In this document: in pieces, positions 26,588 to 39,000 of the stretch
How the letters are laid out: each line of letters opens with the position of its first letter
Numbering within the stretch: position 1 is the first letter of the stretch
Assembly (NCBI GenBank): GCA_021613535.1
Contig: CP075496.1
Location: 5,642,001-5,706,000 of the forward strand
DNA length: 64,000 nucleotides
Direction: 5' to 3'
Origin: Adineta vaga
Taxonomy: Eukaryota > Animalia > Rotifera
Program-made: the position numbers and the translations under genes
Notes under the pieces: generated by a model
The model's database searches: none
What the model was told of the DNA's origin: nothing
Seen by the model: only the letters and a program-made list of their open reading frames with translations

Positions 26588-27324
26588 CAATAATCGCCGA
26601 TCTTGTCCTATTCTTTCCAGGTTCTTGTTTTTCTTATCATTCTTTGATTCTTTTTTCGTGCCTGATTGTGATGATGTTATGATTTTAAAAGCCTCGTCCA
26701 GTTACTATTACTATCTTTTGATATAATTCTTTTAGAGCTTTTGTATATTATGCACAAAAAGAATAAAATTACAGTTATAAAAAACAATTATTTTTTTTAA
26801 ATATCATCATTGCTGTATATATTTAAAATTTTGATCGTCCAGTAAACGAAGAACTTTACTATGGAATGGAAGAAAAACCTAAAAATATTGAAATAATGTG
26901 ATAATTACAACTTATCTTTAAAAAATTATGTCAAAAGTTATTACGCACTGCGTTCTATTTTCTATCGTAAATAAGATCTTTACTTTTTAAGAAAAGTAGA
27001 TATTCGAAGTGAACTTTACTAGCAGTTGAATTGACAATGAAGAAATAACGTTCAGACATCACTTTGTATACATAATCGTACAAAAACAATATTACGTGAA
27101 ATTCATCTTGAAAAGCTGACAAGAATCTTTTTATTTTCTGTTATAAGAATCTGATTTGAATACTAAGAATTTAAAAATATCTTGTGTTTTTTTTCAGTTC
27201 CTTTTTCTTGATGAAATTCAGACAAGATTCTTTCTAGAAAGAAAGAAAGAAAGAAAAAGACTCTTGCCTGAATATTAAGAAAAACGAGAACCTGGAAAGA
27301 AAAGGACAAGATCGTCGATTAGTG
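26588..27324. repeat. Pair of ~55-bp inverted repeat copies (transposon termini or two copies of one element)
   Basis: 26588-26642 CAATAATCGCCGATCTTGTCCTATTCTTTCCAGGTTCTTGTTTTTCTTA matches the reverse complement of 27270-27324 (CACTAATCGACGATCTTGTCCTTTTCTTTCCAGGTTCTCGTTTTTCTTA). Confidence 0.7.
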
Positions 27325-28029
27325 ATGACGCTGAGCAATTTAACGAAACTCTACAAATAGTTGCTAACGGTCATGTTATTGAACTTCATTTAGAATATTT
27401 AAATGAAAGAGTAAGTCAGAAAAGAATAAATAGAATAATTATGAATGATTTTTTTTCAGGACTCAACAAAATAATTCGACATGTTTTCTGTCGATAACAT
27501 ATATTTAAGTATTGATTGAATATAAGAAAAGATTACACAACTAATATAAACTAATTCATATGCAAGTTTTCCGATGATATTTTCGAGGCACCGATAGTTA
27601 CATAAAACAGTCGATGAGATAAATCGTAGTTTGATTTTCTTTTCTGATTAAAGTCTATTGTAATTCCTTGGTGACAGAAGACATCTAATTATATCTATAT
27701 ATGATCGATTTGAATTTAGAGATATGTTTTCCATTGCGAGAAGAGTAAAACATTATTCGAATGTCGGGGATGAATCAACTCATATCTCAAATATAAATGA
27801 AAGTTTCTAATTTAAAACAACTATGATGTTAAATATGATTGTAATCTGTCTCATGTATCACTTTATAACTTTTTGCCATGTTTCTGTAACGATTTGATTG
27901 TTTCAAATTTAAGTTTTCAAAAAGTCAATATTCTTATGATATGAAAAAATAATCATTGAATATTGTAAAGATTATTACAAAACTTTTGTATTATTTTACA
28001 CAAATACATCGACAATATCAAATCAGATC

Positions 28030-28486
28030 CAATTAAGAAATATAAATGCATCGTCATAGTCATACGGACTCTTGATACATCACCAAGTTTTTCATCTCTT
28101 ATAATAGTTGAGAGATTTTCGTCATTGTTCACGAAAATACTTCAATTTGAAACATGTACATCTCTTATTAAGTGGAAGATATGACAATCCGAAACGTTAT
28201 TTTAATATTCATCGATTACATGAATTAGTACCTCATCTACATCTACTCGAAACAAGCGATTCAGTTATAATGCGGAATGAAGATCTTGTTGAAGTTATTT
28301 TGAAAATTAGTCATCAATTTAATCAATTGGTACAGTTAGTATTAAACAAAAGCTGTTGTTATCGATGTAAAAATGAAAAAAGCTTTTGTTTAGAGACAAA
28401 TTAATTGCATTTACTCATGATCAACAATTTCATGGTTACAAATTTCATTTTCAATTTCATGTAGATGATGAATTACGTATTTGATT
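28030..28486 (+). pseudogene. Frameshifted 3' fragment of an F-box/LRR-like gene
   Basis: LRR-like YFNLKHVHLLL, LVPHLHLLET and FNQLVQLVLN segments; no upstream intact exons; frame breaks near 28380. Confidence 0.35.
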
Positions 28487-28879
28487 CTAATGTTATTATA
28501 GAAAATATCGAGTCATACTAATGCAATCTTTACAAAAATATCCGAGTACATCATACTATCGTGCCAGATATAATTTATCGATTGCTATAATGAGAAGATA
28601 TTTGTTGACAATCTTCTATGTATCACATCGAACACTCTCTAACTTCTAAATTTTTACATTATCAAGTCTATTTTTTCGTCGTGATCCCATTCATTTATTA
28701 AAGGTCTACAGCGATTGAATTATAACCACATAACTTTGATAGATAATGTTTTTTTTAATAATTCTACGAACTTTTACATTATAAACTTTGTGACATCAAA
28801 GTTGTGCAATTACATGTCATTGCACAATAGCTTCATTTGATTGTCACATTACTTCTGATATAGTAGCAATCATCATCTC

Positions 28880-28887
28880 TATATAAA
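28880..28887 (+). promoter_or_regulatory. TATA box candidate for the 28970 ORF
   Basis: TATATAAA ~85 nt upstream of ATG 28970. Confidence 0.4.
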
Positions 28888-28969
28888 TGTTCGTTTTTCT
28901 CTTCGTTGCAATAAAACTCATTCTATCAATAGACTATCCAGACTCTTTATTCTATTTTACTATCGCACA

Positions 28970-29953
28970 ATGGTTGCTTTCACTCGAGCCAGATTATTGC
29001 GACAACTACAATCATCAAATAAAACTACGAAATCACGTTCTATAAGAAACAAGATTACTAAAAAGAAGATAAGAACAGTTAAACAAAGAACAGCACCATC
29101 ATCATCTACTGCTATTACCACTGATAATAGTACAACTGCTTCTGTCTCAGTACAAGCTTACAATGAAGTTGTAGGCAAAAGTAACATTACTGATGCTTTG
29201 GCATATGATTGTCATTGGAATCCAGTTGGAAGAGAATATGATTTGGGACGCGATGGAGCATTTATGGGATTTAGTATTTTAATCGGACAATTATATAGTG
29301 ATTGTCAATTCAATGATGTTGCCATGCAAAAGTCCATTGATGAACTAAAAATGAAAGGTTTTCAAGTGAAACACGTCAAAAGTGAAGATGAATGTATCAA
29401 AGAACTCGCTTCAAATCAGTATCAAGTTACATGGATTGTAAGTAGCAGTTATGTCAAAAACCGAGATATCATTTCATCTTTAAAAACTTTTCATTCCAAT
29501 GGTGGTGGAATATTTCTCTTTGCGGATAATCCACCATATACTTGTCATGCAAATGAATTTCTTAATAAAAAATTTGGTATTACTGTCGATGGATGTTATT
29601 ATGGTACAAATACGATGACTTATGCAGAGAATTGTCATGAAGGAAAAGGACATTTTGGTCAACATGACATCTTTACTGGAATCAAAAACTTATATGAAGG
29701 TCACACAATCTGTCATCCAGAGTATTCGACAGAAGCAAGTCGCAAAGTATTTGTTCCTATTGCAACTGCTAGTGATGGTAATACATGTATTGCTGTATAT
29801 GATCCATCATCAAGTTCAACATCGAATGAAGGTCGAATATGTTTAGATTGTGGATTTACGAAGTTATATATCGATTGGGATTCAGCAGGAACAGCTCGAT
29901 ATATAGTCAATGCGAGTTGTTGGTTATTACGAATCGAAAATCGTTTTACATAG
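28970..29953 (+). CDS. Intronless 327-aa uncharacterised protein; basic N-terminus plus a class-I glutamine-amidotransferase-like/ThuA-like fold candidate
   Basis: Single uninterrupted ORF with TATA upstream and AATAAA at ~30001; motifs YDLGRDGAF, FHSNGGGIFLFADNPPY, HDIFTGIKNLYEGHTI, GRICLDCGFTKLY..WDSAGTARYIVNASCWL. The fold assignment is tentative. Confidence 0.8.
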   Translation: MVAFTRARLLRQLQSSNKTTKSRSIRNKITKKKIRTVKQRTAPSSSTAITTDNSTTASVSVQAYNEVVGKSNITDALAYDCHWNPVGREYDLGRDGAFMGFSILIGQLYSDCQFNDVAMQKSIDELKMKGFQVKHVKSEDECIKELASNQYQVTWIVSSSYVKNRDIISSLKTFHSNGGGIFLFADNPPYTCHANEFLNKKFGITVDGCYYGTNTMTYAENCHEGKGHFGQHDIFTGIKNLYEGHTICHPEYSTEASRKVFVPIATASDGNTCIAVYDPSSSSTSNEGRICLDCGFTKLYIDWDSAGTARYIVNASCWLLRIENRFT

Positions 29954-30699
29954 AGTAGAACGATATAAATGATTTTGTTTTTTTCTGTTCATAAAAATGA
30001 AATAAAACCTTTTTTTTAGTATTGTGTACATTTTCATTTTTTAATTTCCTACTCTAAAGAACTCGGTTATTAACTATGCAAATTACTTGAATCAATGTTA
30101 AATTTTTGAACTTGATGGTTGCCATATTAATCAAAGGATAAACTAACAGAACGATGTATTTGTTTCGATTCATCGTTCATGTTATTTTCATCACTAACGA
30201 TACTTTCTGTGTGCTTCGCATACTTTGGAAGATTTCAATAATAGTATTGTTATTTTGTTCTTAATTATTATTGAACAAACTGAGCTTTTGAAAAATGAAG
30301 GATATATGAACATGGTTATCATCTTTTCCCATTTGATTTTGTGTTGTAATATGATTACAATTAAATCTTTGAAGATGTTATATTTTGAACAATGAAAGTT
30401 CGTTTATTTTAGTTGTGTTATCATAGTTTACCGAATCAATGATAACTTTTAGAAAAGATGTTAAAATAGATTGGGTGAAAAGGAAAAAAGGTTTCATTAT
30501 TTCGAATTTTGTTTATCACAAAAGCTACACAACAGATAAAACTAGGGAAATTTCGAATTAGACGAAAATAGAGAGAATATTTTCGACAGAAATTCTGCTT
30601 TCAGTATTTGTGTAAGCTTCTATTTCGAAGTTCAGTCAGAAAGGGATGTATAAATCAAAATATTTTCTCATAAAGTATTCGGAAATATTTTATATCAAA

Positions 30700-32281
30700 T
30701 TCAGCTTATAAACCATTTCTTCAAAAATTATGTTTAGAAGAAGAAAACTTAGGAGTGTTCCATGGAAAATGGTTTGTCAATGGAGAGGTTTATTTTGAAT
30801 CTTGAATACAATTTGAAACAAAAAAAGAAAAATCAATTTGCTAGGTGATTGATTCAATCAGTCCAGCAACAAATGAACCAATTACTCGTGTTCATCAAGA
30901 TACCATTGATGATTACAATCGAATTGTTGAATCATCTTTGAAAGCATATGAAATGTGGAAGAATATTCCAGCACCAAAACGTGGTGATATTGTTCGACAA
31001 ATTGAAGATGAATCAAGAAAAAATCTTCTGTCACTTGGAAAATTAGTTTAGTTCTGCTTTCATTTGTGTTTCAATTCTCTATGGTTATTTTATCTAGATC
31101 TCAATGGAAATGGGTAAAATTCTTCCAGAACATGTTGGTGAAGTTCAAGAATTTACAAATAAATTGATTGATTTCTATTCGAAAGTAATGTTATTTTAGG
31201 GCCTGGACATATTCTCATGGAACAACGGAATCTGCTAGGAATTCTTGGAGTCATTTCAACATTTAATTTTCAATGCGCTGTTTTGGGATGGAATCAAGCT
31301 TTTGCACTTGCTTGTGGAAATGTGACACTTCGGTATAATTTTATTATCGATCAAAGTTAAATATCTTTTTTATTTATGACTATAGGAAAGGTGCTCCAAC
31401 AACACCATTGACAAGTATTGCAACGGCAAAGATAATTGAACGTGTTCTAACACGAAATTCATTACCCGGTGGTTTATCATCAATGATATGTGGTGGAAAC
31501 AATTCTATTATTATTATGGATGATGCTAATCTTTCACTTGCTATTAAGAGAAGGAACATGTTTACTATTTAGACCTTTTATTAGATTGTTCAAAAAGGTA
31601 TTTATGATGAAGTTCTATCAGGTCTTCGTCGTGTTTATGAACAAATTGAATCTCGAATTGGTGAACCATTTGAAGAGAGCGTTCTCTATAGAGGAAGTGT
31701 TTATACAGAACGCAAAGGAAATTATGTTCAACCAAGAATTGTTACTGATCTTAAACATGACTCATCGACTGTTCATCAAGAAACATTTGCATCTATTCTT
31801 TATGTTCTTAAATGCAAAGTATGATAAATCATTATTTCATAACAAAATAAACTTTTCTTTCTTTTCTCTTGTCTTTTCCTTTTAGTAGTCATTTGAAGAA
31901 GCTGATCAAGGTTTATCAAGTTCAATATTTACAACGAATCCTGAATTCTTATTCAAATGGATTGGTCCAAATGGATCTGATTGTACAATTGTAATTTTCT
32001 GTTTTTCTCATATGACTTTTATGTTTCTTTTGTCTTCGAAGGTTAATGTTAATATTCCAACAAGTGGTGCTGAAATTGGTGGAGCTTTTGGAGGTGAAAA
32101 ACATAAGGGTGGAGGAAGAGAATCTGGTTCAGATTCATGGAAACAGTATATGAGACGATCGACATGGCTTGTTCGATTTTATTTTTTATTTTTCTTCTTC
32201 AAAACTCGTTGGTTTTCTTTCTTTAGTACAAGCAACTATTCAAAAAAACTTCCACTCGCTCAAGGTATTAAATTTGCTTAG
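30700..32281 (+). pseudogene. ALDH7A1: Antiquitin (alpha-aminoadipic semialdehyde dehydrogenase) pseudogene with introns and internal deletions
   Basis: [81 protein letters not shown]. The FTGS..LELGG (catalytic Glu) block and the GQRC catalytic Cys block are absent; conserved residues are mutated (WNP to RNL, NFP to NFQ). Confidence 0.9.
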
Positions 32282-32407
32282 AAAAAGATCTTAATAGTTC
32301 TTTAAATCATTTTAAAAAGGTTTGTTTTTTCCTTTGATCTGATTTTCAGAAAAGGTTGAAACTTTATTGTAGATGTTAAACCAGATTAGAATAGAAAATA
32401 TTGATTT

Positions 32408-32832
32408 TATGAATATATTCATGGGAATGTTTATAATGATCGTGATTCATGTGAACATCTATTTGATGAATAACAACTGATTTTATTAGCTAAATTTATT
32501 TCCAAATATTCTCACTTTCTCATTACAAATTCCTCATCTTTGTCAATAAATAAAAAGTCAACAACTTGTGAACATCTTCTCAAAGAATTCACACAATCCA
32601 TTGTAATTTAAAGTAGAGGAAAGAAGTGAATGATATTTATCTTTTGATTTAGGATGTTGTCAATGAATCTCGAAAAGAAAGAACATTTATTGGTAAATAT
32701 ATAAAACAAATCTCAGGTGGTGTTGCAAAAGTTTCATCACAAACTGAACAAGAAGTATTATTTCAAGGAGTCAAAGCATTAGAATTTTACTATGAACGAG
32801 CATTATGGCATGCTGATCATGCACTTAAATAA
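32408..32832 (+). pseudogene. 3' fragment of an unidentified spliced gene
   Basis: Two in-phase exons (YEYIHGNVYNDRDSCEHLFDE*QLIL...EFTQSI | DVVNESRKERTFIGK...LEFYYERALWHADHALK*) with premature TAA at 32471 and no 5' exons. Confidence 0.45.
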
Positions 32833-33434
32833 AGTTTTTTGTTATTATAAACATTATTATGTTGTTGTTTTTTTGTTGTTTATTTAAAATTAGACTATTC
32901 TTATTTTAAAATGAGATCAGATGAAATAAAGATATTATCGAACATGATCAATAGCTGTAATATCAGAAGAGGAGCTTTTTACGTAATTAGGATATCGTAG
33001 CTCCCGCTTCGCTAATGAGAACTTTCCAAGTAGAACTCAACAAACTCTACAAATTTGTAGTGATGATGTTTTCTGTCAGAACCCTTCTTCTCCTCTCAAA
33101 ATGCCAAAAACCGCCAGAATACATGTGAATATCAATTGATTCTCATTCGATTCGCTCAAGAGTTTGTTCCAGTAAAATAAACATTGGTTACAGACCGATC
33201 TTGATTATCACTTTCGATTTCACATGTTAGTTTTTAATTTCGACGATATTATCTTAGTTACATAAATATTCAGCCCTGTCATACATTGCCTTGTATGTAT
33301 CTATCAATAGAAATAGAAGAATCAAAGAAGGCATATTTTTCCAGAAAATTTATCGTTGCAAAGTATTGTAATTATGCTTATTGACAAAAAATTCTTTTAG
33401 TTTAAATATTCGGTTTAATAGCAGTAGAGAACAG

Positions 33435-33856
33435 CAATGGCGGGCCAGCATAGAACTTGCACGTGTGGCAACAAAAAGTTTTGCCAGTAGAAGTGTTCCG
33501 ACATCGAAAATATCGAAGGGAACTGTTGATAATTTTCCCAAGCTTCAGAAGAATTCCAAAAACTAAGAAGCAAAGGAAATGGAACTTTTAATTATTGAGA
33601 GAAACATTAAGAATTTTTCGAAAATGTTTTTAAATCTTTAGAAAATTTCGAAAATTCATGAGCAAACATGTAAATTCTCAGATTATCTGGAGCAAGGAAT
33701 GGTCCTAAGCCTTATTTTACTCCTCTCTGGCTACTGAGATACTCCTCTTGGTCTGTATGAATAAATAACTTTTGACTGGCTCTTTATCAATTTCCAAAAT
33801 TTCTATTGCAAATTTGTTTTCAGGTGTGACAATTGCCTCGTGGTGGCCCGCCGTTG
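33435..33856. mobile_element. Non-autonomous DNA transposon (~420 bp) with GC-rich TIRs
   Basis: Left CAATGGCGGGCCAGCA vs reverse complement of right end CAACGGCGGGCCACCA (14/16); TSD not cleanly resolved. Confidence 0.65.
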
Positions 33857-36021
33857 AGTCAGATAAATATTATCATATATGTATTTGAAAGACTAGAAAT
33901 TGTTGATGCTGTTCCTCAAACATATACTAATGCATGTAAATGAAAATAAAACCTTGAGAATAACTTTCCGATGAGAAAACACATGATATTCTTGACATTT
34001 GGCAATAATTAGAAACGGTTAGCAAGGTTCGCTCAATACTAATTTCTTCAGTTAGTTGTAATTACATCCGGTTAATCTCACTCATATTAAATTGTTGTAT
34101 TTGGAGTAAATATCCTGGTTGAAACCGATGCAGTTTTATTAAAAAAAGCCCAATAGTCAGATGACGTTTTTACGTTCATCAAATAATTGTTTGCTGAAAA
34201 CTATTTTCAATAACAGATGTAGACCATAATTGTCATTCTTTCAACACAGAGTTATTTAAAGCGTCACAAATGATCCAACATGTAATCTTCAAGCAAACTA
34301 TTACTTTCATCAGTTTTGAAATATCATGAAAAATTTCAAAGTGATTCTATAAAGATAGAATAGATAAATATAAGTCTAAATTATAGAATCGAATCATTTG
34401 TATTCTTTTCCTCCATACAAATACTCATACATGTACAGAATAAACTTAATTTCAGATCAAGAAAATATATTTTGCACTGCAAAAGAGCAATTTTAATCTA
34501 ATGCATTGCACTTCACTACATTTACGTCGTTATGATTTAGTGGCGAAGTAAAAATAAAAAGATGAACAACTTTTTCTTTTTATTACGTACATTTGAACAT
34601 AAAAAAAGACTGTGAACTTTTTACTCTCGCAACTAATAGCTTTTACCGAGTGAAACCTGGAACACTGTAGTTATTTACTTATGAAGATTACTTTTTTATA
34701 CTTTTTAGCATTAAATTTCTCTATGTTGACATCTATATCCAGATTTAAAACAAGAACGACCCATAGTACTCATATTGATTATCACAGCAGGGTGGTAATC
34801 TATTCAGAAAAGGAATGGGACGATTTCCTACTTCTGGAAAGTCATGATCTTTTATCAAATTCATAGAAGACATCAATTATTATGGTTTTTTTTCTTTTCT
34901 TTTTGAATACCATTTATGTAAAAAGAAAAGGAATGACACATGCATCAAGTTGTCAAATTTTGTCAATGTTGAAGTGAAAATTCATCTTGTTTCCTCCATC
35001 TGTTTTCTCTTTCAAACATCAGATTTTGACAGCGCTTGTGCTTATAAAAAGAATACCAATAACAATGCCATGTTCTAGTCCTCGATTCTTTACTGTTATT
35101 TATCAAGGCATAAAGAAATTTATAATTAATTCTTTGTTTCCAAGGACAGATGAGAATAGTTCTATTACGTCGTTTTCTTCCAAAACAACATAAAGCAATT
35201 AAAACCATCGTTAAAAGACTTGAAATCTCTATTTCTTCATGTTAAAGTTTCTATTCTTTGAATATAAAAGAATGAAAGATGTTCAGAGAAAAAGTTTCGT
35301 TATGTAATTGCACAGATGATTTATTTATGTCATGAAAAACAACCATCGAATGGATTTTATTTGTTGTCAAAATTAAATTCTACGCAGAGAAAACCCCCTA
35401 AAAGATTCATCGAAGTGATCATAATAGATTCAGAATAGATTTACGTCGTTGTTTTATTAATTAAAATAGAAAAGGAATGGAAGTGAATTTAACTGGCAAG
35501 TTATTTTGAATATGCTTGTATTATATTCTAGTCCTTAAAGAAAAGAAAATAACAAGTTTTCTAAGTGTTTTAAGGAAGACATTTGGATGATATTAAGCCT
35601 GAAAATGAGAAAAGAAAGAAAAGAAAAAAAAAGATGAGGAAGAACGGTCTGCCAGTTTTCTTCTTTTCTCAAACAACCGGCGTCGAATTGTTAGATTTTC
35701 TTTCGCACTTTTTTCCTCTTACTTTTCCTTCTTTACTCTTTTATCCTACGTAAATTAAAAAAAAAGCAACACAATTACAAAAGGTTCATTTCTTACATCT
35801 TCTTCCTACGCCTCCAAACTCACATATCAGCCGTCAGAACAATCTCGACATCTATTCTTACCTGCCTGTCAGTTCTTTTTCTTCTTTTTCTTCGATAATC
35901 TTCTTGTTTCTTCTTAAGAGACAAACAAAAAGAAAGAAGAAGGAAAAAAAACAAAGGTTAATTTGAAAATGTATTCTCAACATAAACAGTAATATTAATT
36001 ATATAATCATTTCATCAAAGA

Positions 36022-39000
36022 ATGACTCTATTATTCGACAATACGAACTATGGTGCAGCAATCAACATCTCATCAGATGGTCTTAGTGCACGACGAACAA
36101 ATGGATTTGCTAATGGCATTGTTTTTACTAATCGTTCAATAAATATCTTTGAGAAAATCACATTCGAATTACAACAACAACAACCATCGCCAATCTGGCA
36201 AGGTTCATTACGTATAGGTTTATATATAGATCAACAAATACCTCTCGGTGATTTACCATTATCTACGATGGAAGCAAATTTAAGTTCATCCTATAAAATG
36301 ATTTCTTTGGAGAAATATGAAAATCTATATAATGAAATGCGTGTTACCGTTTGGTTAACACAAAATAATTCTTTAAATTATGCAATTAATAATGTTTTAC
36401 GTGGAACATTAATTGAAAATCTAACATTCGATGAAAATAATAATAATGAACTTCTTCCACCTCGATTAATTTTTGATCTATATGGTAACACAACTAGAGT
36501 TCAATTGATTCGAGATGGTAAAATCAATGAAAATTATGTCTTCTAATCGTGTTGCATTGTTTTTCTATTGTAATATAGGTGATATAGTTCCATATGAAAT
36601 TAAAGCTCGAGGACTTGATGCTATACGACACTTTCAGACAGCATGTGATACGGGTACAACATTGGTTCGTCGAACTTTGCTTTTATTGATTGGACCTAAA
36701 TTATGTGGAAAAAGTTCTCTAAAACAAATTCTTGTATCTAATCATGATTCAAATGACAAGTAAAACACATCAAATTTCCTTTTCTCTCATTGTTTTCTGT
36801 GCTTTTTCTTTTTTGCCATCCTTTAGTGATAATTTATCTTCGGATCTTTCATCCTCTTGTTCGATTAATATTGATCAAACACATACATGGTCATTATCAA
36901 AAGCGAATTATAATCATCATCATCATCATCATCATCGACAATCAACTCATGATTCATTAAAAACAATGATTCAAGATTTTGGTAGATATACAAATATTAA
37001 AAAATGATGATTTTATTTTTTAATTAATTTAGATGAAAATGAGTCATCAAAATCAATTACTCAACAACGTGAATATGAATCTCAATTAGTTCATAATATA
37101 ATTCTAAATTTATTAAAACGACGTTATGAATTACATACCGTTCATGAAAAGAAAGATAGAGTTTGTTGAATTACACTTTTTTTCTGAAAACAAAATATAA
37201 TTAATATGTATCTTTGTATAGAATTGGAAAGAAACTTTATTAGATGACTTGAAATTAGTTTATCCAAGTCCGATGGTTCCTTTATCAATCCGTTCATTAG
37301 TCGAAAAACAATTAGCACAAACGAAATCGATAGATCCACATGCTGTACTGACAAATTTAATGTCTACTACAGGAAAAGCGAAAGAAGACAAACCACAAGA
37401 GTATGAACGTCTGCGTCTTGATCTTTGGGACATGCCAGGATCAACATCATCATGTGGAATAACACATCAAGTTTGATTAAATGAAAATCTTTTTCTTTTT
37501 TTGGTTTATTTCATTTCTTAATAGATCTTTTTATCATCACGAGCAATTTACTTACTCGTATTTGACTTAACAAAAGACCTTGATCAACCCTGTGAATGGA
37601 ATAAGGTAATTACTTTCAACATATGAAATTCAAATCTTGATTTAATAATCTTTGGGTAAAAACTAAAAATAACTGAGAAAATGCCAGTCAAGGTTATATA
37701 TCGAGATAGTAGAAGTCTTTTTCTATTCGCTTCATTTGTATATTATCTAGTGAAACGTGAAATAACTCTTTTACCTTTGGTAATTCTAAATGACAGATGT
37801 ATTTTCGTTTTTGTATTTAGGAAATAACGAACCTCGATCATTTAAGTTATATAATGCATTCTATTTACTGTTATTCGGCAAGTATTAATCAAGGACGAAC
37901 AAATGATGAAGAAGTAGATATTCCTCGTTTATCACCACCAATTCTTCTTGTTGGTACACATCGAAATTTATTACCAAACTCAACTAAAAAAGCAATGGTT
38001 AGTTTCTCTAATACTTTCCTTACGAAACAAGAAAAAAATTCCTTGATATTTTATAGATTGAAAACAAAATGGCTACAATTCGTGCAATGATCGCTACAAA
38101 ACCCTATTTTAAACATGTCATTGAGCCATATTTTACCATCGATACACTTCGACCCGATGCTGCTGATATTGAACAAGTAATAGAAAACAAAATGACTTCA
38201 TCAATAATCACATTTCTACTTTCAGATTGATCATTTGAAACAAACTATTGAAGAACTTGCTTTAGCTGAACCTTATATTTGTGAACAAATTCCAACACGA
38301 TGGCTTCATTTTGAAAATGATCTTAATCGATTGAAAAAACAACAAGATAATTTCTATGCTTCACTCGATCAAGTAAATCATATTTATTTCGATGAAATTT
38401 TCCTAAACTATTTTTCTTTTCTTTTTCTTTTTTTGTAGGTTTGTGAAATTGCTCGTACGCAAGATATTTGCTCTTCCGATGAATTAAAAACTTTGTTAGA
38501 TTTTTATCATGATCTTGGCGTGATTGTTTATTTTGGTAATACACAAGATATGTTTCTAAAAAATACACTTATCCTTCGTCCACAAAAACTTATTCAACTT
38601 ATCAAACGTCTTGTTTGTAATAATAATAGTGAGAACGAAAATGATGATGGAATTATTGATGAACGAACATTTGAAAATCTTTGTCAACCATTTATTGAGC
38701 AAAAACAAAGTTTATTAGCATTATTAAAAAAATTTGATCTTCTTTGCGAATTCACACCATCGACATCATCATCGACAGCGGCGACAACCTCTTGTAAACA
38801 ATACTATGTACCTGGTTGTATTCGAAGAGTTTATAATGAAAAAATTCCAATAGAAAAAGACGAACAATCCGTGATGTTTTACTATTTATTTGATAGATAT
38901 TTTCCAGGTAAATTTTAAATTGATGTGCATTTGTATTTCATATAAAAGTAATTTTTTTGTTTATAGAAAGTCTTTTCCATCAAATACTTGTTCGAACAAT

